From the IMG/VR virus record IMGVR_UViG_3300031227_000030: a DNA stretch of 64,000 nt; one strand, 5' to 3'. Under the pieces are notes generated by a model, which saw only the letters and a list, made by a program, of their open reading frames with translations, had not been told where the DNA came from and did no database searches. Shown here piece after piece: positions 30,746 through 39,358 of the stretch. Source of the stretch: an uncultured virus (IMG/VR IMGVR_UViG_3300031227_000030) (Duplodnaviria > Heunggongvirae > Uroviricota > Caudoviricetes). The stretch's first letter is position 1. Each line of letters begins with the position of its first letter. A program made the position numbers and the translations under genes.

Positions 30746-30788
30746 TTACTTATTTATTACTTATTTATTACTTATTTATTACTTATTT
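30746..30788. repeat. 11-bp tandem repeat TTACTTATTTA, about 3.9 copies
   Basis: Directly visible; the last copy contains the stop codon of the upstream gene. Confidence 0.9.
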
Positions 30789-31339
30789 TTTAAATAATTT
30801 ATTATTTTTCCTACTTTAGAAAAAGTACAGGTCCCCATTTTTGAGCCAATTAGTTTTGAAAATTCTATTAAGTTAATTTTATCATTTTGATAATCTTTGA
30901 ATGCAGAAATCTCTTCTTTTGAAGGGACAAAGGTTCTCCCACCAACAAACTTTGTTCGTAAGTTACAATATTTTTGGACAAAAGAGAGATATTCTTTTGG
31001 AGGAAGAAATTCTTTAACGATTCTAGATCTAAATAAAAAGTTATCAAGTTTGACAATTTCTTTAGGATCTTTTGATCTTTTTTCTCCTTCTCTATTTGAA
31101 ACAGGAATTCTATTCTTTTTGGTAGAGTTAGTAAAAACTGATCTTTTAAAAAGTCTATCTAACTTTTTAGCGAATTGCTCTTTATGGATTCCAGGATGGA
31201 ATTCAAAAATCCTTATGACATCTTTAATAGCTTTGTCATTTCCAATAAAACTTTTAGTTTTGTTTGGATAAGTTTTCTTAAGATAATGCGCAACTTCTTC
31301 TTGTCTGGCCAAGTTTTCTTTATAAGTTAACTTCTTCAT
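30779..31339 (-). CDS. Hypothetical basic protein (possibly DNA-binding)
   Basis: 186-aa Lys-rich ORF. Confidence 0.55.
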   Translation of the reverse strand: MKKLTYKENLARQEEVAHYLKKTYPNKTKSFIGNDKAIKDVIRIFEFHPGIHKEQFAKKLDRLFKRSVFTNSTKKNRIPVSNREGEKRSKDPKEIVKLDNFLFRSRIVKEFLPPKEYLSFVQKYCNLRTKFVGGRTFVPSKEEISAFKDYQNDKINLIEFSKLIGSKMGTCTFSKVGKIINYLKNK

Positions 31340-31462
31340 CTTGCTTCCTTTTAAGTTTTTTGTGAAACAGCTTTTTTCAGTTTTTCAAAAATATAAAAAG
31401 GATTTATCTTATTTATTGTCAAAAGTCAAGATAAAAAAGAACATAATTAAAAAAGGGAGTTT

Positions 31463-31903
31463 TTAGGAGTTAACTGAGTGAATTAAAGGAACATCTTCTA
31501 TCATTTTTTCGAACTCTTCAAAAGTTTTTGGAGAAACTTCAGGATATTCATCTCTTTCATTTGCATAATATTTGAAAGCTTTAAGTGCTTTTTCTGAGAG
31601 ATCTATCTCACAATTAGTGACTCTCTCTAGAAAAGCAGGATTTTTTGAATGATGTTCACGATATTCTCTTAAAGGATACCAGACAACTTTTTCAACTTCT
31701 TTATCTTCTATTTTTTCTTTCTCTCTAACTGCAACCTCTATACTATTAACAAGAATTTTCTCTTTAAGCTCTTGAAATCCATGATAATGTTTTTTATTTA
31801 TAGATGTTCTTCTCTCTCTGTTCCCTGTTTTTTCATCTATATTATCTGTGAATGAGATAATATCCCCAATTATTTTTTTCATTTCTGGATTCGTTATTTT
31901 CAT
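31463..31903 (-). CDS. Hypothetical protein
   Basis: 146 aa, SD GGGGGA. Confidence 0.6.
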   Translation of the reverse strand: MKITNPEMKKIIGDIISFTDNIDEKTGNRERRTSINKKHYHGFQELKEKILVNSIEVAVREKEKIEDKEVEKVVWYPLREYREHHSKNPAFLERVTNCEIDLSEKALKAFKYYANERDEYPEVSPKTFEEFEKMIEDVPLIHSVNS

Positions 31904-31914
31904 TTTATCCCCCT

Positions 31915-32133
31915 TTATTTCATTTTTTTTAAAAATTTCATATCATATCTTCTATTTTTAAAAGTGGTTCTTTTTTTTTGTTTAACATCTATTATAGAGA
32001 CAGTTGCAATTATAGTTCGAGTTATTCTGTCTTTTCTTATGTCTTTGACTGAAACATAGATATTGTCTTCTTTTTTAATATATCTAGTGTTTTTTTCAAA
32101 TTTAGCAATAGAGTCTTCCCATTTTTTTCTCAT
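31915..32133 (-). CDS. Hypothetical protein
   Basis: 72 aa, ATGA overlap with the upstream gene. Confidence 0.55.
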   Translation of the reverse strand: MRKKWEDSIAKFEKNTRYIKKEDNIYVSVKDIRKDRITRTIIATVSIIDVKQKKRTTFKNRRYDMKFLKKMK

Positions 32134-32435
32134 TTTTTAATTATAAAAAGAAAATTCATAGATAGCTTTACTCCTTGCTGATTATCTTTTCTCCAATTTT
32201 TGCTTTCAGCTTCCATTGTTTTATATATTGGATTTAAAAATTTTGTAATAGGGGAAACTCTTGTTCTATACTCTATTTCTAATTCTCTTCTCCTAACAAT
32301 AGTAATTGTATCTAGAGTCTTTAGGGTTTTAAGGCTTTCCCTCTTAAAAAGCTCTCTTTTAACTATTTCTTCATAGTTGTCTATATCATAAGCATCGCCA
32401 AATTTTTCTGAATTATTCTCAGAATTTTGGAACAT
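32130..32435 (-). CDS. Hypothetical protein, first gene of the leftward arm
   Basis: 101 aa, SD AAGGGAGG. Confidence 0.6.
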   Translation of the reverse strand: MFQNSENNSEKFGDAYDIDNYEEIVKRELFKRESLKTLKTLDTITIVRRRELEIEYRTRVSPITKFLNPIYKTMEAESKNWRKDNQQGVKLSMNFLFIIKK

Positions 32436-32453
32436 ATTTTTCCTCCCTTATTT

Positions 32454-32520
32454 AATCTTTAGAACATTATATTTAATTTGTAAATAGAAATCTTTATGTA
32501 TTTTTTAATTTTTGTAAATA
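32454..32520 (-). promoter_or_regulatory. Tandem pair of sigma70-like promoters (TTTACA-N16/17-TAAAGAT)
   Basis: Two copies of TATTTACA-N16/17-TAAAGATT directly upstream of the leftward arm. Confidence 0.55.
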
Positions 32521-32860
32521 TTCAGACCAAGGCTTTTATCATTTTGATAAAAAACTTTTGACAGACTTTCTTAAAAAAAAAGCAGGGTATCTTGTTGGAA
32601 TTACACAGTTTATCATTATGATAAATCTTGTTTTTTTAAAAAAAAGTGAAGGATTTCAACAACAAAGACTCTTTTTGAAAAACAGCGATATTCTGTCAAT
32701 AGTTTTTTTCATTAAAAAACACTTAAAATTAAGGCAGTTACAAAAAAAAAGTGATGATTTTGGAAAAACTATGTTAAACCCCCCTCTGCACTCCCCCCAA
32801 GAATATCTAAAAAAAATAACTAATAAGAAAACTTAAAAATTCTTCTTTTCTTCTCCCCCT

Positions 32861-33192
32861 CCTCCCCCCCCTTTGGGGGGTCTAGGCCGAAGGCCTCAAA
32901 AAGCACCAAGCCGAAGGCTTTAGGGGGGAGGGCAAAGCCCGATGGGGGGCGAGAGCCCCCCTGAACGTATAGAAGAAAACAATTAAGGTAATTTAAATAT
33001 TTGAAAAAAAAACAAATAAAAAAAAATATCTTTAATGGAGAGGTCTGTCTAAATTCTTTAGGCCATTTTATAATTGGGGGACTTAGTCCCCCAAACCCCC
33101 TCTGAACCTTCGGTTCGTTGGGGGGGCAAAGCCCCCCGTATAAGGGGGCAGACCCCCTGACCCCCTATGCGGGACTCCGAAGGAGATCCCGC
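32861..33192. other. Two clusters of GC-rich mini-hairpins flanking an AT-rich spacer; candidate replication origin
   Basis: Ten short inverted repeats at the strand switch (see findings). Confidence 0.55.
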
Positions 33193-33298
33193 CCTGAAGA
33201 AACCCCTAAATAATTTTTTTCTTGAAATAAGTTAAGATAATCTGTTATTCTTCTTCTGTTAAAACAAAAGTTAATCTGTTTATTTTTTAGGAAAAAAT

Positions 33299-34687
33299 TT
33301 GGAATATATTTTTTCAATAGATAACTCTTTTTCAAAAATAGATCCTCTGCTTCCAGAGAGGATAAGATTGAAAATAGATAAAAAAACTTCTTTTCTGAAT
33401 AAGAGTAAGAGTTTTTATTTAACTGATCCAGATTGGTTAGCTTATGAACATCTGTTTAGTTATGAAAGTCAATTTTTCCCAACAGGATTAGGGAAAGAAG
33501 TTGCTTCTATTCTAAAAGAAGAAAATATCTCATTTAAAATTTTAGATAAAAGAAAAGTCCCTCCTTTTTCTTTTAATAGAGATTTTTCCAGACAACCATA
33601 TGAATTAAGACCATATCAAGAAGAAATAGTTAAGAGATGTCTTAAGTATAGAAGAGGAGTTGTTGAATCTGTGACGGGTTCAGGAAAAACTCTCATGGCT
33701 TTACATTTGATAAATAAGTTAAGAAGAAATGTTTTATTCATTGTTCCTACTATAAATATAGCAGAACAAACCCATTTTTATTTTTCAAAACATTACCCTA
33801 AGAACACTGTTGGCTTTGTTGGAGGAGGGAATTTTGTAGTTAATCCTATTACGATTGCTTTACCTCAGTCTTTATTAAAGCTTCCTCTTGATTTTTTTAA
33901 GAAATTTGGTTGTTTAATGATAGACGAATCTCACCATGCTTCTGCTCTTACTATTAGGGATTTAAATTATAAAAAATTTAATGGAATATATTTTCGTTAT
34001 TTTCTAACTGGAACAAATTTTCGAAATGATGGTAGCGATTTAGCTTTAAAAGGTACTGTGGGGAATGTTATAGCTTCTTATGGTATCCATCAAGCTATTA
34101 GAGAAAAGTTTCTGGTTGCTCCTGTTTTTAGGATTTATTTTTTTCATTCTGAAAATAATCAACTTAAAAATGTTTATAGCGAAGAGTACAAACAAAGTTT
34201 AGTCTATAATGATGATTATCATAAAGTTGTTGCTTCTCTGGGCAATAAATTATTAAAACAAGGAAAGCAGACTATTATTTTTGTAGAAGAGATTGCTCAT
34301 GGTAAAATTTTAAATAAGTTAATTCCAGGATCTTATTTTATTTGTGGAGAAAGGTTGTCTAATAATAATAGAGAGATTCTCCAAAAATTTAATAAAAAAG
34401 AAATTAAATTAATTATTGGCACATCTGTTATTGGGGAAGGGGTAGATACTGTCCCCGCTGAATATGGAATTTTTGCTGGAGGAGGAAAGGCTAAATCTGA
34501 AGTTATTCAAAGGATTGGGAGACTTTTAAGACCCTCCCCAGGAAAGAAAAATGCTTATATCATTGATTTTGCTCATGTTAATACTAATTTTCTCTTTAAA
34601 CATTATCAACAGCGGCTTAGTATCTATAAGGCTTATAACTCTTTCATAGATCATAAGCATATTTCTGCTAAAGAACTCAATAAATAA
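33299..34687 (+). CDS. SF2 helicase (UvsW/XPB-like)
   Basis: LRPYQ, TGSGKT, DESHH, TGT, GEGVD, QRIGRLLR. Confidence 0.9.
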   Translation: MEYIFSIDNSFSKIDPLLPERIRLKIDKKTSFLNKSKSFYLTDPDWLAYEHLFSYESQFFPTGLGKEVASILKEENISFKILDKRKVPPFSFNRDFSRQPYELRPYQEEIVKRCLKYRRGVVESVTGSGKTLMALHLINKLRRNVLFIVPTINIAEQTHFYFSKHYPKNTVGFVGGGNFVVNPITIALPQSLLKLPLDFFKKFGCLMIDESHHASALTIRDLNYKKFNGIYFRYFLTGTNFRNDGSDLALKGTVGNVIASYGIHQAIREKFLVAPVFRIYFFHSENNQLKNVYSEEYKQSLVYNDDYHKVVASLGNKLLKQGKQTIIFVEEIAHGKILNKLIPGSYFICGERLSNNNREILQKFNKKEIKLIIGTSVIGEGVDTVPAEYGIFAGGGKAKSEVIQRIGRLLRPSPGKKNAYIIDFAHVNTNFLFKHYQQRLSIYKAYNSFIDHKHISAKELNK

Positions 34688-34712
34688 AAATATTTTGTTT
34701 TTTTTAATTTCA

Positions 34713-34722
34713 GGTTAATATT
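34713..34722 (+). promoter_or_regulatory. Late-type promoter GGTTAATATT; probably gives a leaderless transcript
   Basis: TAATAT ends 7 nt before the ATG at 34729; no SD. Confidence 0.4.
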
Positions 34723-34728
34723 AAAGAT

Positions 34729-36246
34729 ATGGATAATATTACTTTAGAAAAAACTTTCCAGTTTCATGTTCCTATTGATTTAATTAAAGCAGGAGAGGAT
34801 GAAAATGGAGATTATAAAATTGCTGGTTTAGCTTCGACTGAGCATGAAGATTTGCAAGGAGAGATTGTTAGAAAAAATGGCCTTGACATTTCTTATTTAA
34901 AAGCAGGTCGAGGTCTTTTTAATTTTGATCATCAAAAAGGCCCTCAGAATATTATTGGGTTAATAGAAGATGCAAAAATAGACAAGGCTGGTCTTAAAGT
35001 AGAAGGGTATCTTTTTAGACATCAGCCTTCTGCCCAGGGTTTTGTTAATATTTTAAAATCACTTAAAGATAAAGATAAGAATCGTGTTCAGATGTCTATA
35101 GAAGGAAAGATAGTAAAAAGAGGAGGAGAAACTGGAAAGACAATTGAGCAAGCTAGAGTTGAAAAAATTGCTTTAACATTAGATCCTGTTAATCCCCATA
35201 CTTATGCTAATTTAGCGAAGTCTCTTGTCTCTAATGTAGAGGCTAATCCGTCAGAGGCCCAAAAAAAATCTGGAAATTATAAAAAAGATCACATTAGTTA
35301 TAAGGGGCTAGATATCTCTATTGAAAGCCCTAAAGGATCTGTTCGTTCAGGTAAATCTAGATATGGAGTTGAGTGGAAGACAGAGATGAAACATGATTAT
35401 GGATATTTCAGAGGAATAAAAGGAAAAGATAAAGATCATCTTGATGTTTTTGTTGGAGATAAAGATTCTGACGATATTTTTGTTATAGATCAGGTTGACC
35501 CTAAGACAGAGAAGTTTGACGAACATAAAGTAATGTTAGGTTTTGAGTCAGCAAAAGAGGCCAAAGATGCTTATCATGCTAATTATGAGAAAAATTGGCA
35601 AGGGTTCAATGGAATGTCTCAACTGACATTTAATGATTTTAGAGATTGGACAAAAAAGGGAGTAGTTAAAGATCCCATAAAGAAAGATTTAGAAGAAGCT
35701 CAAACTCCAGAACTTGGTGCAGGAGATTTGGGATTGATGGAGTCTCAGTCAAAAGCAGATAAAAAACATGCTGATGGAATGAAATTAGAAGGAATTAAGA
35801 AAAACGAAGGTAGGAAAATTAAAATTCTTGAACAGGATTTGAGGCATATTCTAAATCAAATAAATAAATTAATGGTAGAGAAAGATATTAAAAATCTTTC
35901 AACAGAAAATTCTACTCTTCAAAATGTTCCTAATCCTCCTAAAATCGAAGTTGATGAAAATAAATTTAGAAATTTAATGTTTGTTCTTACAGAGTTAATT
36001 ATTGAGGAATCTACCGAGGTAGATAAGGCTCTTACTGCTGGTACAGGGTATACTGGATCCCCAAGCGCAATGTCAGGAGGAGCAGCACTTGGAACAGAAT
36101 CTTTAGATTTAAAACCTAAAAAAATTAGGAAGAGTTTAGACACAGAAGAGCTTGTCAAAGAAGCTTTAGAATTTATAAAAGAATACCCTCCTGCCTATGT
36201 TAGTGGAGTAATTAGTTCTGTTTGTAAAAAAGATGTTTGCTCATAG
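34729..36246 (+). CDS. Prohead protease fused to an InPase-like domain and a capsid-N-terminus-like peptide
   Basis: IAGLAST..DLQGE, NFDH, MSIEG and ALTLDPVNP (HK97-type protease), then GNYKK...DYGY...DHLDVFVG...FDEHKVMLGF. Confidence 0.85.
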   Translation: MDNITLEKTFQFHVPIDLIKAGEDENGDYKIAGLASTEHEDLQGEIVRKNGLDISYLKAGRGLFNFDHQKGPQNIIGLIEDAKIDKAGLKVEGYLFRHQPSAQGFVNILKSLKDKDKNRVQMSIEGKIVKRGGETGKTIEQARVEKIALTLDPVNPHTYANLAKSLVSNVEANPSEAQKKSGNYKKDHISYKGLDISIESPKGSVRSGKSRYGVEWKTEMKHDYGYFRGIKGKDKDHLDVFVGDKDSDDIFVIDQVDPKTEKFDEHKVMLGFESAKEAKDAYHANYEKNWQGFNGMSQLTFNDFRDWTKKGVVKDPIKKDLEEAQTPELGAGDLGLMESQSKADKKHADGMKLEGIKKNEGRKIKILEQDLRHILNQINKLMVEKDIKNLSTENSTLQNVPNPPKIEVDENKFRNLMFVLTELIIEESTEVDKALTAGTGYTGSPSAMSGGAALGTESLDLKPKKIRKSLDTEELVKEALEFIKEYPPAYVSGVISSVCKKDVCS

Positions 36247-36299
36247 AATAAATTTATGGGATAATTTATTTAAATAATAAAGAAATGGGAGAAACAATT

Positions 36300-37133
36300 A
36301 TGGAAAACGAAGTCCTCAACAAGACAATCGAAAATTTAGTCGATAAGTTCTCCTTAAGAAAAGCTTCTAAAGTTGAAGAAGAAGAAAAAGAAGTTAAGAA
36401 AGCTGAAGCTTTTGAAGGTAAGGAAACTAAGGAAGAAGAAAAGAAGGAAGAAGAAGAAAAGAAAAAGAAAGTTAAAAAAGCTGAAGGTGAAGAAGAAGAC
36501 GCTGAAGAAGAGAAAAAAGGTTTTGATGAAGCTGGTGATGTAGATGAAGATAAGAAGAAGAAAGAGTCACCTACTTCAGCAGATGCTTCTAGCGGTGCAG
36601 CAAAAGCTTTTTCTGAAGGTGGAGAGGCAAATGCTGATAAGTACAATAAGCAAGCCCCAGTTGAAGATCCCAAAGGTTCTGGAGCGGCAGCAATAGACAC
36701 TTCTAGAGCTAATGGTGGAAAAGATAGAATTGGTAAAAGTTTAAATTTCAATGATATGAATTCTGTTATTACAGTTTTGAAGGCTCTTCATGAAGAAAAT
36801 AAAGACCTTCGTAAGTCTCTTGACGGAATGGAAGAGAAATTTGAAAAGATTGCAAGTCAACCCGCTTCAGTTAGAAAATCAATGTCAGGTCTTACTCCAG
36901 TTCTTAGGGGTGGAGAAAACGTTGATGGAGTGACTAGTAATTCAAGAGATTTGAATAAGTCTAAAGTTATTTCTGCTTTAGATGATCTTCAGAAGTCTGC
37001 TACAGATAATACAGTATTCTGGTCTGATTATGTAACTCAGACAGAGATCCATAAAGGACCAATAACAGCTGAAACTCCTCCGTTCGCTAATAAAGAGATC
37101 TGGGGCAAGGTTTTAGAAAAAATTAATTCTTAA
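36300..37133 (+). CDS. Putative scaffolding protein
   Basis: E/K-rich coiled coil between protease and capsid genes. The ATG at 36300 has SD GGGAG (the track start is 36285). Confidence 0.7.
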   Translation: MENEVLNKTIENLVDKFSLRKASKVEEEEKEVKKAEAFEGKETKEEEKKEEEEKKKKVKKAEGEEEDAEEEKKGFDEAGDVDEDKKKKESPTSADASSGAAKAFSEGGEANADKYNKQAPVEDPKGSGAAAIDTSRANGGKDRIGKSLNFNDMNSVITVLKALHEENKDLRKSLDGMEEKFEKIASQPASVRKSMSGLTPVLRGGENVDGVTSNSRDLNKSKVISALDDLQKSATDNTVFWSDYVTQTEIHKGPITAETPPFANKEIWGKVLEKINS

Positions 37134-37156
37134 GAAACATATAGGAGGAAACCGTT

Positions 37157-38629
37157 ATGTTAGCTGATTTTTCGAAACTTCAAGATGGATTTGGCTCAGC
37201 AACTCCAGAGGAACTGGATGAGTTGAATAAAGCTCTACAAGCAGGATCTGGTTATACTGGAGCCCCCTCAGCCCTTGCAGGTGGTGGAGCCCTCCAGGTG
37301 GAATCGCTAGAAGCAACACTTAAAAGTGTTACTTATGGTAATAAACATTTTGTAACTTGGGCTAGAACGCCTAAAGACCCAGCACACAACACTGTTGAAG
37401 AATACAACAGAGTTATTAGTTATGGAGAACAGCAAAATGGCTTGTTTTTCGATGCTGATGCTGGAACAACACCTACTGCTCAGGATTCGAACTATGTTCG
37501 TCAAATCCAGATCGTTAGGTATATGGGAACAACGAGAGTTATTTCTCATCCATTAACCTTGATTCGTCCAGCACATGGACCTATTGTGGCTAGAGAAATT
37601 AGAAACGCAGTTACCGAAATTCTTGGTAATTGGGAACGCCAGATTTGGGAAGCTAATGGAATATTTCAGTCTGCTACAGGAACTTATGTTGGTGCAGCTG
37701 GTGATATTTCTACAGGTTCTCTAAAGTTTAATGGTTATGATCAGCAGATTCGTTTTGGAGATACTGATGCAAATAGCCGTTATACAGGATTTGCTGGTTA
37801 TGGTTTATCAAATTTAAGTTCAATTGTTAATGCTGGTGATAATCCGATTTCAGAAGATATTCTTGAAGAGTCTTGTCGTATTGCAGCTTCAAATTTTGGT
37901 AATTTGACAAATCTGTTTATGACATATAAGACAAATGCTGATTTTTCAAAACAGTTCTTTCCTAAAGAGCGTATAATGAATATGGGTGTTGCTCAAGGTA
38001 GAGCAGGTTTTGTTTTGAATGAATTTATTTCTTCAGCAGGTCCTATTGAATTAGCCCCAACTCGTTTTATTGATCCTAAATTTGAGCCTTTAACTGGCGC
38101 ATTAACAAATTCTCCTGCTACTCCAGTAGTTGGTGGAACAGCTTCTGAAATTGATGCTAACTCTGTCTTAGTTGCAAGTGCTGTTGGTTATTCTTACAGA
38201 GTTTCTGCCTTAAATGGCCAAGGTGAATCTATTGCCTGTGCAGCTACAGCCGCTCAAGTAATAGCATCTGGAAACAGAATTGCTATTACAATTAATGCTG
38301 GTACTGTTGGTGCTCAATATTATGCAGCTTATAGAGCTCCAGTCGCGACTCTTTTAAACCATCGTTTTATTGGTTTTATCGCAGATAGTACTGGTAATGG
38401 TGGTGGAGCAACATTTCGTGATGCAGGTTATCGTCTTGCAGGTAGACAGCAAGCTTATCTAATGAGTTATGATGCAGAGAATATTTCTTGGCGTCAGTTG
38501 GCTCCATTGATGAAGATGGATCTTGCAATCACAGGTACAGCTTATAGATTTATGTGCATGATGTACGGAACTCCAGTAGTTTTTGCACCTAAAAAGCATT
38601 GCCTAATTGATAACATTGGTTATTTATAG
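37157..38629 (+). CDS. Major capsid protein (Twort/SPO1-like, with FN3-like insertion)
   Basis: LNKAL..G.GY..GGALQVESL, TVEEYNR, YSYRVSALNGQGES, QLAPLMKMDLA. Strong SD; terminator downstream. Confidence 0.92.
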   Translation: MLADFSKLQDGFGSATPEELDELNKALQAGSGYTGAPSALAGGGALQVESLEATLKSVTYGNKHFVTWARTPKDPAHNTVEEYNRVISYGEQQNGLFFDADAGTTPTAQDSNYVRQIQIVRYMGTTRVISHPLTLIRPAHGPIVAREIRNAVTEILGNWERQIWEANGIFQSATGTYVGAAGDISTGSLKFNGYDQQIRFGDTDANSRYTGFAGYGLSNLSSIVNAGDNPISEDILEESCRIAASNFGNLTNLFMTYKTNADFSKQFFPKERIMNMGVAQGRAGFVLNEFISSAGPIELAPTRFIDPKFEPLTGALTNSPATPVVGGTASEIDANSVLVASAVGYSYRVSALNGQGESIACAATAAQVIASGNRIAITINAGTVGAQYYAAYRAPVATLLNHRFIGFIADSTGNGGGATFRDAGYRLAGRQQAYLMSYDAENISWRQLAPLMKMDLAITGTAYRFMCMMYGTPVVFAPKKHCLIDNIGYL

Positions 38630-38655
38630 GATCTATAGGTTATATAGAAAAATTC

Positions 38656-38692
38656 AAACCCCTTAAGGCTAGTTTCTTAAGGGGTTTTTTTT
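38656..38692 (+). terminator. Rho-independent terminator after the capsid gene
   Basis: AAACCCCTTAAG-N8-CTTAAGGGGTTT followed by a T tract. Confidence 0.88.
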
Positions 38693-38741
38693 GTTCTTTT
38701 AAGTCCTTCCTTTTTATTCTTTTGTGTTCTTTTCGTTTACC

Positions 38742-38751
38742 TGCTAAAATA
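38742..38751 (+). promoter_or_regulatory. Extended -10 late-type promoter TGCTAAAATA
   Basis: Recurring motif, just after the terminator. Confidence 0.55.
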
Positions 38752-38771
38752 AAAGAAAAAAGAGGAAAATT

Positions 38772-39350
38772 ATGGCTTTAACTCTATCTGTTATTAGAGA
38801 AAATGATTTGAGAACCAGTTCTTTTGAATTTTATCCTGGAGAGGATATTCAGATGAAATTACAGGTTTATGAATCTCAGAATGATCAATTTTTTCATATT
38901 CCTGAAGAATGGACTGTTGAGGTAACTCTTCCAGCCACTCCTACAGAGATTGCTATTCCAAACACTTCTGTTATAAGAAGTTGTCAAGAAGATTTTATTT
39001 TTTATGTTCCTGTAACCAATGTTGTAACTCCTAGATTACTTTCAGGGAATATTGTTTTGACCATAACTGAATGCATCCCTTTTATTTCTGATGGAACAGC
39101 TGGTGGAAGCTTTACTGTTAATTCTATTTCTAATCTTTCAGAAGATTCTTCAATTATATTAAGAACGAACACTCTTACTTATACTGGAGAAATTTTTTCT
39201 ATAGTTGGAGTAGAGGCTCCTTATACTGTCCAGTTGCTTGGGGCTCCAGATCTATCTCTTTATACTGTGGCGTTAAATGCTAGAATAACTCAAAAGGTTC
39301 ATTTGGCTGTATTAAGAAATGGACTAAAGAAACGTGTGAGTTCAGTTTAG
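38772..39350 (+). CDS. Putative virion protein (Ig/BppU-like with nested module)
   Basis: 192 aa, beta-rich; shares a module with baseplate proteins. Confidence 0.5.
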   Translation: MALTLSVIRENDLRTSSFEFYPGEDIQMKLQVYESQNDQFFHIPEEWTVEVTLPATPTEIAIPNTSVIRSCQEDFIFYVPVTNVVTPRLLSGNIVLTITECIPFISDGTAGGSFTVNSISNLSEDSSIILRTNTLTYTGEIFSIVGVEAPYTVQLLGAPDLSLYTVALNARITQKVHLAVLRNGLKKRVSSV

Positions 39351-39358
39351 GATAAAAT

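Noticed and set aside
32558..32836. Track ORF of 92 aa in the divergent region
   Set aside because: TTG start without SD, made of A/T homopolymer tracts; more likely non-coding regulatory or origin-flanking DNA.
32861..33192. tRNA, CRISPR array or terminators in the hairpin clusters
   Set aside because: No cloverleaf with T-loop consensus, no identical repeats with spacers, and no U tracts after the stems.
36266..36751. 161-aa antisense ORF (and similar shadow ORFs such as 2597..2986, 16260..16610, 30897..31271, 41717..42094, 46115..46399)
   Set aside because: These lie antisense to, or inside, well-supported genes and reflect codon bias.
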